Shown piece after piece: positions 9,621 through 20,495 of a DNA stretch of 64,000 nt (position 1 is the stretch's first letter; the number at the start of each line of letters is the position of its first letter). The stretch is from the IMG/VR virus record IMGVR_UViG_3300012979_000027, positions 64,001-128,000 of that record. One strand, given 5' to 3'. The notes beneath the pieces are model-generated. The model was given only the letters and a program-made list of their open reading frames with translations, did not search any database and had not been told where the DNA came from. The position numbers and the translations under genes were made by a program. The stretch comes from a virus. Lineage: Duplodnaviria > Caudoviricetes.

Positions 9621-10460
9621 ATGTCAACAAATGCATTAGGAACATTCTTAAGTAAATTTCAAGATTGGAAATATTGTCCGCCATCAAATCACCTTTGGAC
9701 AGTTACTTTTTTGCTTGCGCCAAGAAATGGTTCAAGTGTTGAAAATGCATCTTTTTCCACTCTTTTTAATAATATTATAAATGTTAATAATCGTTATAAT
9801 AAAATGTATTCACCTCTTTGGAATATAAAAACTCCAAATGATGACGATGGAACATTTGTAGTATCAGCTCAAGATTCTAATATTGGATTTTTTTTGGCAA
9901 CAGATGTTAGTACAAATTCTAATTCTATAAACATAGCTAATAGTTCATCTAATGCAAGTCTTTCACATACAGGATGGCTTAGTTTTGGAAAAACACAAAC
10001 TGGGCGCAGCCATAACCATGAAGTTAAAATAAAATTTTATAAAACCAATTGGGATATAAATGAAATATTTTTTGATAGATGGATTGCAGCAATAGGTCAA
10101 CAAGGTTTAATAGAAGATTCATCTTTATTAAACATTAAAGCTAATATTATTATACGAGAATATGCTGCAGGCGCTCCAGGAGTAAAAAGTGATATATGGA
10201 TTCCTCGTAAACAAATAACATTGCTTAGAGCTTTTCCAAAAAATAGAGCCCAAATAGAGTATTCTTATTCACCCGAAAAAGCAGGTGAAATGGAAACTGA
10301 TACCATAGAATTTGAGTATGATGCTTATCAGATTCAATATTTTAAGATACCATCCTTTACTCCGGGATATATAACTTCTTCTACAGCAGAAGGAACATCT
10401 CAAGTTGGAGAGACTTTAACTGCTAAAGATATAGAAAACAGATATTCTAATAATAAATAA
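9621..10460 (+). CDS. Tail tube-fold protein (gp54/gp19-like), tentative
   Basis: F-Y-x-T-N...FFDRWI...AFP...YSY...I-E-F-E-Y pattern typical of the T4 tube and tube-initiator family; structural context. Confidence 0.45.
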   Translation: MSTNALGTFLSKFQDWKYCPPSNHLWTVTFLLAPRNGSSVENASFSTLFNNIINVNNRYNKMYSPLWNIKTPNDDDGTFVVSAQDSNIGFFLATDVSTNSNSINIANSSSNASLSHTGWLSFGKTQTGRSHNHEVKIKFYKTNWDINEIFFDRWIAAIGQQGLIEDSSLLNIKANIIIREYAAGAPGVKSDIWIPRKQITLLRAFPKNRAQIEYSYSPEKAGEMETDTIEFEYDAYQIQYFKIPSFTPGYITSSTAEGTSQVGETLTAKDIENRYSNNK

Positions 10461-10465
10461 TTACA

Positions 10466-11855
10466 ATGGCCGAGGAATGTATTACAACAGCTTATGATGT
10501 ATTAGTAGATGAGCAAGGTGAGATTATAAAAACTTACGACGAATCTACTGAAATTCATGGCGAAAATACTATCGTAAAAAATAATACATCATCAACAACA
10601 TCGGGGATTTGTGAAATAACCCCGATTCAAGCATACATGAGTACGAACCTCAATTCTAAGATTAAATCATATGAAGATATTGCTACTCGTATTCTTAATA
10701 TGCTCGGCTATCCTTCCGTCGGTATAACTGATTTACACCGCGACCAGATTTTCGAAGCTATTTCCATCGCGGTTGAGACATATATGCAATACTGCGGATA
10801 CACAGATGAACTTCTTGTTTTTGATTCCCGCCTATATGAAGAAAATAAAGGTATTCGTATTGACCAGCTTTATACTATTGCTTCAATTGAGGCAACACAC
10901 GATAAACATGCTATTCAGAAAGCAATCGACCGCGGACCTGACCAGACTCTTAAATCTAATAAAGACGTTTATGTAACTAAAGTACCAATTCCTGCAGTAG
11001 ATTATTTTATTTCTGAAAAGGAGTTTAGTCTTCTTGAAGCTAATTGTAAAACAGTCGATAAAGAATTACTTTGTCATTTGAAAGATATTTCTCGCAGATA
11101 TCCTAACGGTATTGAAGAACTTTCTATTATTACCGGGCAACTTTATGATTATCTCATTCTTCGTCGCGGTTATAAACAATGTCAATTTAAAAAGTCTAAA
11201 GATAAAGTTGTAACAGAAGGCGGCGAAAAACTTAATATCTATTGGGAAGATTCTGAACTTGGCAGAAAACGCGATGAGCTTTATTATCAAAAGATGTATG
11301 ATTATGATGTAATGGATTATCGTAAAGTACGAGGAGTATATGACTTCCAAGAAGGCTCATCTTCCGCAATGTCATCACTTTTTGCGTTTGAAACCGCTAT
11401 GGCTGCCACAACGTATTATAACTACCAGTTTTCAATGCGTGGTTTCGACCTTACTTCCTGGACAGCAATGAACATGTGGAGAAAAGACCGTGATAAGTTA
11501 TTAGCAACTAAACATTCATGGAACTTTGACCCTCACACTCAATATTTTACTCTTAGTCCTCAACCTCGTAAAGATCGTGAACGATTCTTTGGTGTTCTTT
11601 ATTGCTATGTAGAGGAACCACTTAGAAATGTTATTAAATCTCCTTGGGTATGGCGTTATGCACTCGCCCTTTGTAAGATTATGGTAGGACGGAGCACGAA
11701 GTAAATGGGGTTCAGTCACAATGCTTGGAGGAGGTACTTTAGAGGGGTCTGCAATGTTACAAGCAGGTGAAACTGAAAAGAAAGAACTTGAACAACAATT
11801 AATTGAAAAGAGAGGATTTGGCGAAGCCGAACCACCAGTATTTTTTATAGGATAA
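10466..11855 (+). CDS. Neck protein (T4 gp13-like), ~462 aa, requiring a +1 shift at CGGA 11690-11693
   Basis: N-terminal LGYPSV; WVWRYALALCK; the shifted frame supplies ARSKWGSVTMLGGGTLEG...EPPVFFIG*, the typical gp13 C-terminus, ending 4 nt before the next ATG. Confidence 0.88.
11690..11693 (+). other. +1 recoding site CGGA (neck gp13)
   Basis: ATG GTA GGA [C]GGA GCA CGA AGT AAA TGG. Confidence 0.85.
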
Positions 11856-11859
11856 TTTT

Positions 11860-12522
11860 ATGAATAGAGAAATTTTAATAGAACAAATTTTAAATGATGC
11901 TAAAGAAGGATACCTTTGCGAAGGTTTTTCTAAGCATGCCCCTGAAGGATTTACAAAATGGCATAAGCGTCTTAGCGGCTATCGTGGTAATACGATGGTT
12001 AATAGTGCTGCAATTAAAAGAGAAGATGATTCTCTATTACATGGTATATACCATGCTATTTTTGTTTGGAAAAATAATATATTATGGTCTTCTAGAGTTG
12101 CTGGGCGCAAAAAAAGGCCAACTGCAAATCAGTTTAAAGAATATTTGTTTGGAAAAGATAAAGATGAAATAGCTTTAGAACTTGCTAACCATATATACAA
12201 AGCTTCGAAAGACTATATGAGTCGTTTTTCTCGTATTCCTACACCTGAAGAAATTAAAAAATTGTTAACTGCATATATTACTAATGATACAAATAGGTAT
12301 AGAATGAATAAAAATGCTGCTTCTAAAGAAGTAGATGCTGATAAAAAAGAGGAAAGTCTTAAGCGATTATCAATATATAAGTTCTTAAAAAGCAATACGT
12401 TAAATAACGCATTAAAAATTGTTTATAAAAAGAAATCAAAGAGTTTAGGTAATAGAATTTCTAATTTGTTTAGAAAGAAGAATAATACCGAATATGGTAC
12501 TAGCGCGCTGATGGACGTTTAA
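11860..12522 (+). CDS. Basic protein, candidate internal head protein (paralog A)
   Basis: Lys/Arg-rich; N-terminus MNREILIEQILNDAKEGYLCEG nearly identical to the 12623 gene. Confidence 0.6.
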   Translation: MNREILIEQILNDAKEGYLCEGFSKHAPEGFTKWHKRLSGYRGNTMVNSAAIKREDDSLLHGIYHAIFVWKNNILWSSRVAGRKKRPTANQFKEYLFGKDKDEIALELANHIYKASKDYMSRFSRIPTPEEIKKLLTAYITNDTNRYRMNKNAASKEVDADKKEESLKRLSIYKFLKSNTLNNALKIVYKKKSKSLGNRISNLFRKKNNTEYGTSALMDV

Positions 12523-12536
12523 TAACATAGGTATAA

Positions 12537-12618
12537 GTTATCGGTACAGTTCGCTCTAAGTGGGGGTGATATACAGCTTCTCAGTGAAGCAGAACCACCT
12601 TTATTTTTTATAGGATAA
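12537..12618 (+). pseudogene. Degenerate duplicate of the gp13 3' end
   Basis: Encodes VIGTVRSKWG-DIQLL...SEAEPPLFFIG* versus gp13 MVG[G]ARSKWGSVTML...GEAEPPVFFIG*, followed by the same ttttATGAATAGAGAAATTTTA junction. Confidence 0.7.
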
Positions 12619-12622
12619 TTTT

Positions 12623-13276
12623 ATGAATAGAGAAATTTTAATAGAACAAATTTTAAGCGATGCAAAAGAAGGTTATCTTACTGAAGGTAAGGTTAAATCT
12701 AAACATGCCCCTGAATGGTATCGTACTTGGGAAAAACCATCTGGTGATTTAAGATTTCATAGAGGCGAAAATGCTAATCATATTCCAAAAAATTTAAAAT
12801 ACATTGCTACTGCATTTATTGACGCATTTAATGAATGGTCAGATAACGTTATAAGAGGCCATAAACACGAAAATGCTCACAAAGTTCCTCAATTATTGTT
12901 AGATGACCCCCATCAAAATGCAATTTTATCTTTAGCTGATAGAATTTATACTAATATTGAGGAATATTCTCCTATGTTTAAACGCGCTCCAAAACCAAAT
13001 GAAGTTTTGGCTGCTGTAAAACAGGTATTAGCAGGACAACTTAATGTTGACATTAATTATGGTGGCATAAAGAACGCGCTTCAATATCAAATTCCTGGTC
13101 GTAATGGACTTATCATGAAAAAAGAAATGCACAAGCTCTATAGGTCAGAACAATTTAGAAATGCGTTGGAAAAAATATATAAAGAAAATTATAGAGATGT
13201 TGTCGGTTCTTGGGACCAGATTAAAGGTGTATTTGACCGAAAACCAAAAATAGGTAATAAGCTTTCTGAAGTCTAA
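12623..13276 (+). CDS. Basic protein, candidate internal head protein (paralog B)
   Basis: N-terminus MNREILIEQILSDAKEGYLTEG and SKHAPE shared with paralog A. Confidence 0.6.
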   Translation: MNREILIEQILSDAKEGYLTEGKVKSKHAPEWYRTWEKPSGDLRFHRGENANHIPKNLKYIATAFIDAFNEWSDNVIRGHKHENAHKVPQLLLDDPHQNAILSLADRIYTNIEEYSPMFKRAPKPNEVLAAVKQVLAGQLNVDINYGGIKNALQYQIPGRNGLIMKKEMHKLYRSEQFRNALEKIYKENYRDVVGSWDQIKGVFDRKPKIGNKLSEV

Positions 13277-13282
13277 AGATTT

Positions 13283-13310
13283 AAGGTGCATGAAAATGCA
13301 CCTTTTATTT
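13283..13310 (+). terminator. Intrinsic terminator
   Basis: AAGGTGCAT-gaaa-ATGCACCTT followed by a T-rich tail. Confidence 0.75.
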
Positions 13311-13322
13311 TAAATAATATTA

Positions 13323-14327
13323 ATGTCTCTTACTTATAATATAGATATTCCTAAGAATACAATGACAAATTATTCGGAAGCTTTCCCAGGTTCTGTTACT
13401 TGTCCGTCTAATACTAATATTGTAGAAAAACTTGCAATGCAAGGAGACCAGGTTGTGATGGATAATAATATCAAGTCGTTTATTCTTGAGCGCGGCTACC
13501 CTGTGTTATATTATCCGTATCTTTTTGAGGTAGATAAAGCAGAACATTTATTTGGCGAGCATTCAGGTGCTGGTTATGGTGTCCCATTTAAAACTTATGC
13601 TTACATGACTATTGAGGACCAACCATCATGGTTTGCTGCCCAAGGTATTGATACAGATGAAACTGCAACTATCTGGATTCATATTAAGATGTGGAAAGAG
13701 ACAGTTTCTGAATATCTCCAAGACCCAGAATGTCCTCAGTATCATGACTATAATAAAATTTATAACTTAAATTATATTGCAGAAAATGATATTGTAAGAG
13801 CAATCGAACCAAAAGTAAAAGACCTTATCCAGCTTACAACTTTTGGTGCAGATAGAGAGTTTGATAGAGGTAATAAAATCTTTGAAATTACTTCTCGAGA
13901 AGATGAATTATTTTCAGAGAATAATATGAATATTGCGATGGGGCATTATGTTTGGCGAGTTAAAGCAAAACGTTACCGTTATTCTCATGAACTTGGTATG
14001 TCTAATCAGGACCCGAATGGAAAGGGAAATGAATATATTGGTACTACTGGAGAAAAGGGCAATCATATTGTTTCTGAAACCAAATCAGTATATCATATGT
14101 TTTTAGAAGAAAATAATATTATATCTGAAAATAATAAAAATATAATTGATGAAAATAATAATAAAATTAATGATATAAATGGTATTCTAACAACAAAAAT
14201 AGAAAATAAAAAAGTATATAAACAAGATATTATAGAAGATTCTAAAAAGAACTTTAATCTTGAAAAACATATTAATAATATATATAAGGATAATGGCAAT
14301 AGAATATTATCCAATGATTTATTCTAA
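13323..14327 (+). CDS. Neck or head-completion protein (T4 gp14-like)
   Basis: GYPVLYYP...LFGE, PKVKDLI, FEIT and RYRYSHE motifs; near gp13. Confidence 0.7.
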   Translation: MSLTYNIDIPKNTMTNYSEAFPGSVTCPSNTNIVEKLAMQGDQVVMDNNIKSFILERGYPVLYYPYLFEVDKAEHLFGEHSGAGYGVPFKTYAYMTIEDQPSWFAAQGIDTDETATIWIHIKMWKETVSEYLQDPECPQYHDYNKIYNLNYIAENDIVRAIEPKVKDLIQLTTFGADREFDRGNKIFEITSREDELFSENNMNIAMGHYVWRVKAKRYRYSHELGMSNQDPNGKGNEYIGTTGEKGNHIVSETKSVYHMFLEENNIISENNKNIIDENNNKINDINGILTTKIENKKVYKQDIIEDSKKNFNLEKHINNIYKDNGNRILSNDLF

Positions 14328-14338
14328 AATTAAATAAA

Positions 14339-16132
14339 ATGATGGCAACAAATATTTCAGCTACAAATATGCTTAACAGTTATGCATTATTCAATGCAAC
14401 TGATATAAAAAAATTTATAATTGACCAATTAAAAGCTAATGAGAATAACCCTTTAAAGGATGCGGATTATCTAGGCTCAAATATTAATGCCTTTATTGAT
14501 ATTATAGCTGTAATGCTTCAACAACTTTTATTTTCATACTCAGTAAATGCTTCAGAAACTTCGTTTTCTACAGCATTACTATATGAAAATATGTCACGAA
14601 TTGTATCGTTATTAAATTATAAATCAGTAGGTAAACAGACATCTATTTTGCCGGTTCGTTTTACTATTCACAGAGAATCCACGAATACAGAAAATCCAGA
14701 AGAAGTAACAATTCCTAAATTTTTAAATACTTCATATAATTATACATATACTTTATTAAACGAAGAACTTGCAATAATTCCAAAGAATGCTGAATATGTT
14801 GAATTAGATACTATTCTTTATCAAGGAAAAGTTCATGAATCCGAAGTATTTGTTGCCAATGGCGATGATTTCGAATTAATCAATATAGTTGATAATTTTA
14901 TTAAATCTTCTGATAATGTATTCATCTCGGATAATTTTTTTACTGTTTATGTAAATGAAGATGGAACTGAAGATGGAACGTGGGTAGAATATGAAGAAAC
15001 TTCAAGCCTTTTTCTTGAAAATGCCGATGCTCCAAAATATGAACGTAGATTTAATGAAGATTTAGGTTACGAATTTAAATTTGGTAATGGAACTTATGGA
15101 AAAAAATTAAAAAAAGGTAGCAAAATACTTATATATTATCTTGTTTCAGATGGAGAAGTTGCTCAAATTGGTAATGAAGTTCTTGAAGGAAGATATGTGA
15201 CTGAATTTTCATCTACTAATTTTAAATTAATGCCTAATTCTAAAACTATAAAATTAAAAAATAATATTATAGTTAAAAATACTGGACCATCTACTCCAGT
15301 ATCATATCCAGAATCTGTAACTTCCATCCGAAAAAATGCTCCTAAAGTTTTTTCTTCACAAGGACGATTATTTTCCTTAAGCGATTATAATTCTTTTATT
15401 AATAGATATTTTTCTTCATATATTAAAGATGTGTATTTTTGTAATAATGACACTTTTTCTAAACAATATATAAAATATTATTATGATTTAGGGTTAGACT
15501 CTCCGCAAAAAGATAGTAGATTATCATTAGCTCAGGTTAATTTTATGACTGCTGCAAATTTCAATAATATCTATTGTTTTTTGGTACCATCTGTTAATAC
15601 TATTATAGATAGCAAGATACCTAATTATCTCAATTCTGCTCTAAAAAAACAAATAACGAATAAAGCAGAACCTCAAATGGGTATTACTCACAATTTAGTT
15701 ATAATGGACCCTATATATAAAGCATTTACATTTGCTTCATCTAATTTAGATAGCTCAATATTTGATTCAAAACAATTAAACAATAAATTGATTTTAGTTA
15801 AAGACCCGAATTCTAAGTATTCGTATAATTTTGTAAAAAAATATTGTATAGATAATTTAAAAACATATTTTAATAATTTAAAACTTGGAGCTATTTTAAA
15901 TGTTACTGATATAGCACAAGTAATTATGACATCACCCGGTGTCAAAAATTTTTATATTAAAGATGAAAACGGAAATATTGATAACAAACTAATATTATTT
16001 GTATGGAATCCTCTTTATAAAAATGAAGATAATAGTATAGTTTCTCAAATTTATAAATGTAAAGAATTTGAATACCCTTATTTTTACGACCTTAATAATA
16101 TAAGCAATTTAATTGAAGTAATAGATGAATAA
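14339..16132 (+). CDS. Baseplate wedge subunit (T4 gp6-like)
   Basis: DYLGSNINAFIDI, E-x-x-F-x-TA, FGNGTYGKKL, ESVTSIRKNAP...QGR...DY motifs. Confidence 0.85.
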   Translation: MMATNISATNMLNSYALFNATDIKKFIIDQLKANENNPLKDADYLGSNINAFIDIIAVMLQQLLFSYSVNASETSFSTALLYENMSRIVSLLNYKSVGKQTSILPVRFTIHRESTNTENPEEVTIPKFLNTSYNYTYTLLNEELAIIPKNAEYVELDTILYQGKVHESEVFVANGDDFELINIVDNFIKSSDNVFISDNFFTVYVNEDGTEDGTWVEYEETSSLFLENADAPKYERRFNEDLGYEFKFGNGTYGKKLKKGSKILIYYLVSDGEVAQIGNEVLEGRYVTEFSSTNFKLMPNSKTIKLKNNIIVKNTGPSTPVSYPESVTSIRKNAPKVFSSQGRLFSLSDYNSFINRYFSSYIKDVYFCNNDTFSKQYIKYYYDLGLDSPQKDSRLSLAQVNFMTAANFNNIYCFLVPSVNTIIDSKIPNYLNSALKKQITNKAEPQMGITHNLVIMDPIYKAFTFASSNLDSSIFDSKQLNNKLILVKDPNSKYSYNFVKKYCIDNLKTYFNNLKLGAILNVTDIAQVIMTSPGVKNFYIKDENGNIDNKLILFVWNPLYKNEDNSIVSQIYKCKEFEYPYFYDLNNISNLIEVIDE

Positions 16133-18422
16133 AATGACAGACAATTATTATATAGAAATCTATGATACTATTTTAGATAGAAAATTAACTGATGATGATT
16201 TTTTATTTAATTTTGAAGGTCATAAAATTAAAGTCTCTTTAAAGTATAATAATAAATCATATAATAATGATATAGTTTGGAACTTTAATGATGGAACTAT
16301 TACTTCTGAAAGAGAACCGCTCCACTATTATGAATTGCCCGGATTATATGATATTTCCGCATCTTTTTATATATTAGAATCAGACAAACTGGCACTAAAA
16401 ACAGTAACTACTTCTATATTAGTAAAAGAAATAGTTCCAACCGAACTTTCATTTTTAAATAAAGAAAATATTAAAGACAAATTACCTATATCTAAAATTA
16501 GTAAATTAAGTAAGTTACAAATAACTTTAGGTAGTAATATTATAAGTGAACCCAAAATTTCTGCAATTCGTATTTTTGAAAATGAATCTGAAGCTAATTT
16601 AGAAAAAAATTATTTTGAAATAAAAGATATACCACGTTATCATTTAGAAAAATATTACACTTTTTTAGAAAATATCGATTCATATAATAAAGATAAAAAT
16701 TTTATATCAAACTTTTTGTCGCCAACAAATAGTTTTACACCTGTTTATAATAAATTATATGCTAGATTAACTAAAGATGAAAATGATAAAATAAAGCCAG
16801 AATTTTATATTCTTAATAATGATGAATTAATTGAATATAACTTTTCATATTATAATGATAAAGACGGCAATAGAAATAATGCTAATCTTAAAATTATAAA
16901 TGATTTAGATAAGATGCCATCAAATTGTTATGAAGTTGGCAAAATAGCCCACGTAAATATTTGGTATAAAAATGATTTTATAGGTTCTGAGAATAATTTA
17001 ATTTTTAAAATAGATAAGAAAACATTAAAAATAAAAAATGAATCTAGTTTAAATGAAAGTTACTTAAATATTCCTCCTCTTGGCCTAACAGTAAATATGG
17101 AATTTCCTAATGAAGAAGAAAATATTTTATTTCCTGCTTTAACACTTAATGGAATTTATTCTAAAAATAATACAAAAAGAATTAGTAATGAAATCATTTG
17201 CGAAAATCATTTTATTCATAGTTTTTATAAAAATTATGAAACTAGAGGATATTTTGCATATTTTATAGAAAATGATAGTTCAGATAAAAATAATAAATCT
17301 TTTAGTTTATTAAAAGATGATAATATATTAAAGAATAAAGAAATAAAAACAAATAATACGGATTACATAGTTATTGCAGATATAAAAAAGGATGAAGAAA
17401 AAAATAAAAAATTTTACAAATATTATTCATTTAAACCGCTAAAACCTAATTTTTCGCTTTATCTTGAAAATACAAATGATAATACATCCACTGTTTTCTA
17501 TACTAATGAAGAATTAATTGATTATAAACAATTGATTCTTCCATCCGAAAAAATTTCGAATATAGATGTTAATAAAATATTAGATACTTATATGCAACAT
17601 CCTTTATTTGAAAATAAAACTAATTTAAAAAATATTCTTTTAGATATTTTTAAAAATATAATACCTTATATTACTACAAAAAGTTCTAGCTTTTTAGATG
17701 ATAAAGTAAATTATAAAACATGCTATATTGATGACCTTGATGCAATTTTCAAAATGTTAGATATTAACATTAAAGAGTTTTCTTTAAATTCATTCAATAA
17801 GATAAATGAATTTAAAGATTTATTACGTATAATATCTATGAATTATAGCAATATATTTGGAAATTACATTTTAGATAATCATGATATATCTATAACACCT
17901 ATAACAAAAGGTAAAAATGTAGGTAAAAAAATAGATATAAATGAAGATATATGGTGTGATGAAAATTATAATATTATTGGCATTGGCACTGACAAAAACG
18001 GAAATATAAAAGAAAATTACGCTGATGACGCTATACCGTTTTTGATAGTTAAAGACAATTATACATCTAAAACATTTTGTATATCTTTTAACAAAAATAT
18101 TTTTAAAAATCAAAATATTAAAAAAATTAAATTAATAGATTATGATATTTCATGGGGATGGCCTTTAAATTTACCGTCTGAGCTATTTGGTTCTACGGGA
18201 CAATATAAAAAAAATATATTTGAAAATTATTACTCCTTTTATCTGTTTAAAAAAACTGAAGATTATATACGCAAATATAATTTTATAGCTGATACCACTA
18301 TTCCAAAAAGTAAAGAATCCTTAGAAAAACAGATTACTGTAGAAGAGTGGGAAAAAGATTTTGGATTTGTATATGACTGTATAATAAAATTGCTAATATC
18401 AAAATTAATAGATAATAAATAA
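16125..18422 (+). CDS. Large baseplate or virion protein with N-terminal PKD-like domain
   Basis: WNFNDGT...HYYELPGLYDI PKD pattern; overlaps the gp6 stop. Confidence 0.55.
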   Translation: MNKMTDNYYIEIYDTILDRKLTDDDFLFNFEGHKIKVSLKYNNKSYNNDIVWNFNDGTITSEREPLHYYELPGLYDISASFYILESDKLALKTVTTSILVKEIVPTELSFLNKENIKDKLPISKISKLSKLQITLGSNIISEPKISAIRIFENESEANLEKNYFEIKDIPRYHLEKYYTFLENIDSYNKDKNFISNFLSPTNSFTPVYNKLYARLTKDENDKIKPEFYILNNDELIEYNFSYYNDKDGNRNNANLKIINDLDKMPSNCYEVGKIAHVNIWYKNDFIGSENNLIFKIDKKTLKIKNESSLNESYLNIPPLGLTVNMEFPNEEENILFPALTLNGIYSKNNTKRISNEIICENHFIHSFYKNYETRGYFAYFIENDSSDKNNKSFSLLKDDNILKNKEIKTNNTDYIVIADIKKDEEKNKKFYKYYSFKPLKPNFSLYLENTNDNTSTVFYTNEELIDYKQLILPSEKISNIDVNKILDTYMQHPLFENKTNLKNILLDIFKNIIPYITTKSSSFLDDKVNYKTCYIDDLDAIFKMLDINIKEFSLNSFNKINEFKDLLRIISMNYSNIFGNYILDNHDISITPITKGKNVGKKIDINEDIWCDENYNIIGIGTDKNGNIKENYADDAIPFLIVKDNYTSKTFCISFNKNIFKNQNIKKIKLIDYDISWGWPLNLPSELFGSTGQYKKNIFENYYSFYLFKKTEDYIRKYNFIADTTIPKSKESLEKQITVEEWEKDFGFVYDCIIKLLISKLIDNK

Positions 18423-18428
18423 AATAAT

Positions 18429-20495
18429 ATGGAAAGTTCATTAAAAAATCTATATTCTATTATTAATAATAAGCTTGATGCTAAAGATAATGAACGTTCA
18501 TTTACATTTATTGAATTTATTAAAGAATTTGGTTTTGAAAATTCTCCATATTCATTTTTAAATTACTATAAAAATTATCTTACAGAATGGTCTAAAACAA
18601 AAGAATTATATTTCAATTCATCAGATAATGATATAGTTAAAGAATCACTAATAAATACATTAAAGTCTATTATTCTTACATATTCTTCATATGAAGAACA
18701 AGATTTTATTGCTAATTTAAATTGGAATAATGAAGATGATAAAATAGCAATTATACCATTTTTTGCAGAAAAAATTAAAAATATTTGTGATTTTTATAAA
18801 ATTAAACGACAAGAAATACCTTTAACTATTAATAAAAATAATATTAAAGGTTCTAGAACTTCATTAGAACAAATAATTTTTGATAAAATTATTGACTTTT
18901 ATTTAGAAAATAAAAATTTAGCTCCACAGATAGAGGAAATTAAAAAAAATTTAAATATAACATTAGAACAATATATAGATTTATATTCCGATTATTTTGA
19001 TATACCTAATTCAATTAAAATTAATTCTGCTAACACTAAATCTAACGATTTTCTTAATATTGCTATTGCAGATGATAATTATGAAACGGCAAATATAAAT
19101 GTTCCTGATTATAAAGATTATGTAAAATTAAATGAAACTATTAGTAATATTTTATTTGATGGTAATACATTTTTAGAGGAAATACCACTTATTGCACAAA
19201 TTGGATTAGATTTTAATCAACATTGTGTAGGCGATGTTGCATTATTAAGAGATAAATTACTTAATGAAAGTACATCAAATTTAATATCTTTAAATGACCA
19301 AATTTCTATACGCCGTAAATTATATGAAAAATATTTAGGATGCGATTTATATTATATATATTGTGAATCTCCAAATAATATTTTTATAGATGTACTTACC
19401 AAAGCTGAAAATCCTTCGGGAAATCTTTTAAATGCAAAAATGGCAAGTGCCGCCATTATAGAACCAAAAAATATAAATGAAAATTTAAAATTATTATCTC
19501 AAATAGGTTTATTTTTTAAACCCGATAAAATAGGAATATTAAAAATAAATTCTGATAATTTTACATGGAAAATTGATAGTTCTAAACTTCAAAGTAATAC
19601 ATTTTATGTTTTTCCCGATCCAAATAAATATGGAGATATTGGTAATAATAAATCAATAGATTATCCTTTAATTTATGAATTTAAGTTAGATAGTTATATT
19701 AAAAATCTATCTTCTGGTAAAGCTAAAAATGAGCCATTAGTTCATTTAGCTGCAACGTCTTTAAATACATATTATTCAAATCAAGATAGAGATTTTATTC
19801 TTAATAATAATAAAAATTATGATTATTCCTTTACTAGTGTTGAAGATAAAGGAGATTTAATTAATTATCAAACAGATATATTTGCTAATGAGTATGGATT
19901 ATTTTATGATAGTAACAATAATACATATAATTTATTAGTAAAACAAAATAATGAAATCAAAAATTTTTCTGAAGTATCTGATAAATCTTTTGTTGATGAC
20001 AAATTAATTATTAAAAATTATGGTATTTTTAATGAAATATTAATTATAGAAGGTGAAAATGAATTCAAATCAAAAATATATTTTTATAAAATATTGCCTA
20101 ATAATTACAAAAATATTAAAGAGTTAGAAATAAGCGAAAATTCAAAATATAAAATATTATATAATGAAACTAAAAATATATTAATTGTAGCAAATCTTTA
20201 TAAAAATTCATTAGATTTAATTTTAAATCTTTATAATTTTGATATATTATCAGAAAAATTAACAAATATATTTTATGGAAAAAAATTACCATTTAATAAT
20301 GAGCTAAGTAGTAATTTGGAAATAGATAACTTTGTATTTACATATAATAATCAATTAGATAAATATCTTCTCATTTGTCCATTTTATAGTCTTGATAAGT
20401 TTCATCTTTATCAATATCAATTTAAATTAAATAGTAAAGAAATATTTGAATCAACTTTAAAAAGCGAATTAATTAAATTAGATAAAAATGGCTAA
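18429..20495 (+). CDS. Hypothetical virion structural protein
   Basis: 688-aa ORF between baseplate genes; TAAATA upstream. Confidence 0.5.
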   Translation: MESSLKNLYSIINNKLDAKDNERSFTFIEFIKEFGFENSPYSFLNYYKNYLTEWSKTKELYFNSSDNDIVKESLINTLKSIILTYSSYEEQDFIANLNWNNEDDKIAIIPFFAEKIKNICDFYKIKRQEIPLTINKNNIKGSRTSLEQIIFDKIIDFYLENKNLAPQIEEIKKNLNITLEQYIDLYSDYFDIPNSIKINSANTKSNDFLNIAIADDNYETANINVPDYKDYVKLNETISNILFDGNTFLEEIPLIAQIGLDFNQHCVGDVALLRDKLLNESTSNLISLNDQISIRRKLYEKYLGCDLYYIYCESPNNIFIDVLTKAENPSGNLLNAKMASAAIIEPKNINENLKLLSQIGLFFKPDKIGILKINSDNFTWKIDSSKLQSNTFYVFPDPNKYGDIGNNKSIDYPLIYEFKLDSYIKNLSSGKAKNEPLVHLAATSLNTYYSNQDRDFILNNNKNYDYSFTSVEDKGDLINYQTDIFANEYGLFYDSNNNTYNLLVKQNNEIKNFSEVSDKSFVDDKLIIKNYGIFNEILIIEGENEFKSKIYFYKILPNNYKNIKELEISENSKYKILYNETKNILIVANLYKNSLDLILNLYNFDILSEKLTNIFYGKKLPFNNELSSNLEIDNFVFTYNNQLDKYLLICPFYSLDKFHLYQYQFKLNSKEIFESTLKSELIKLDKNG

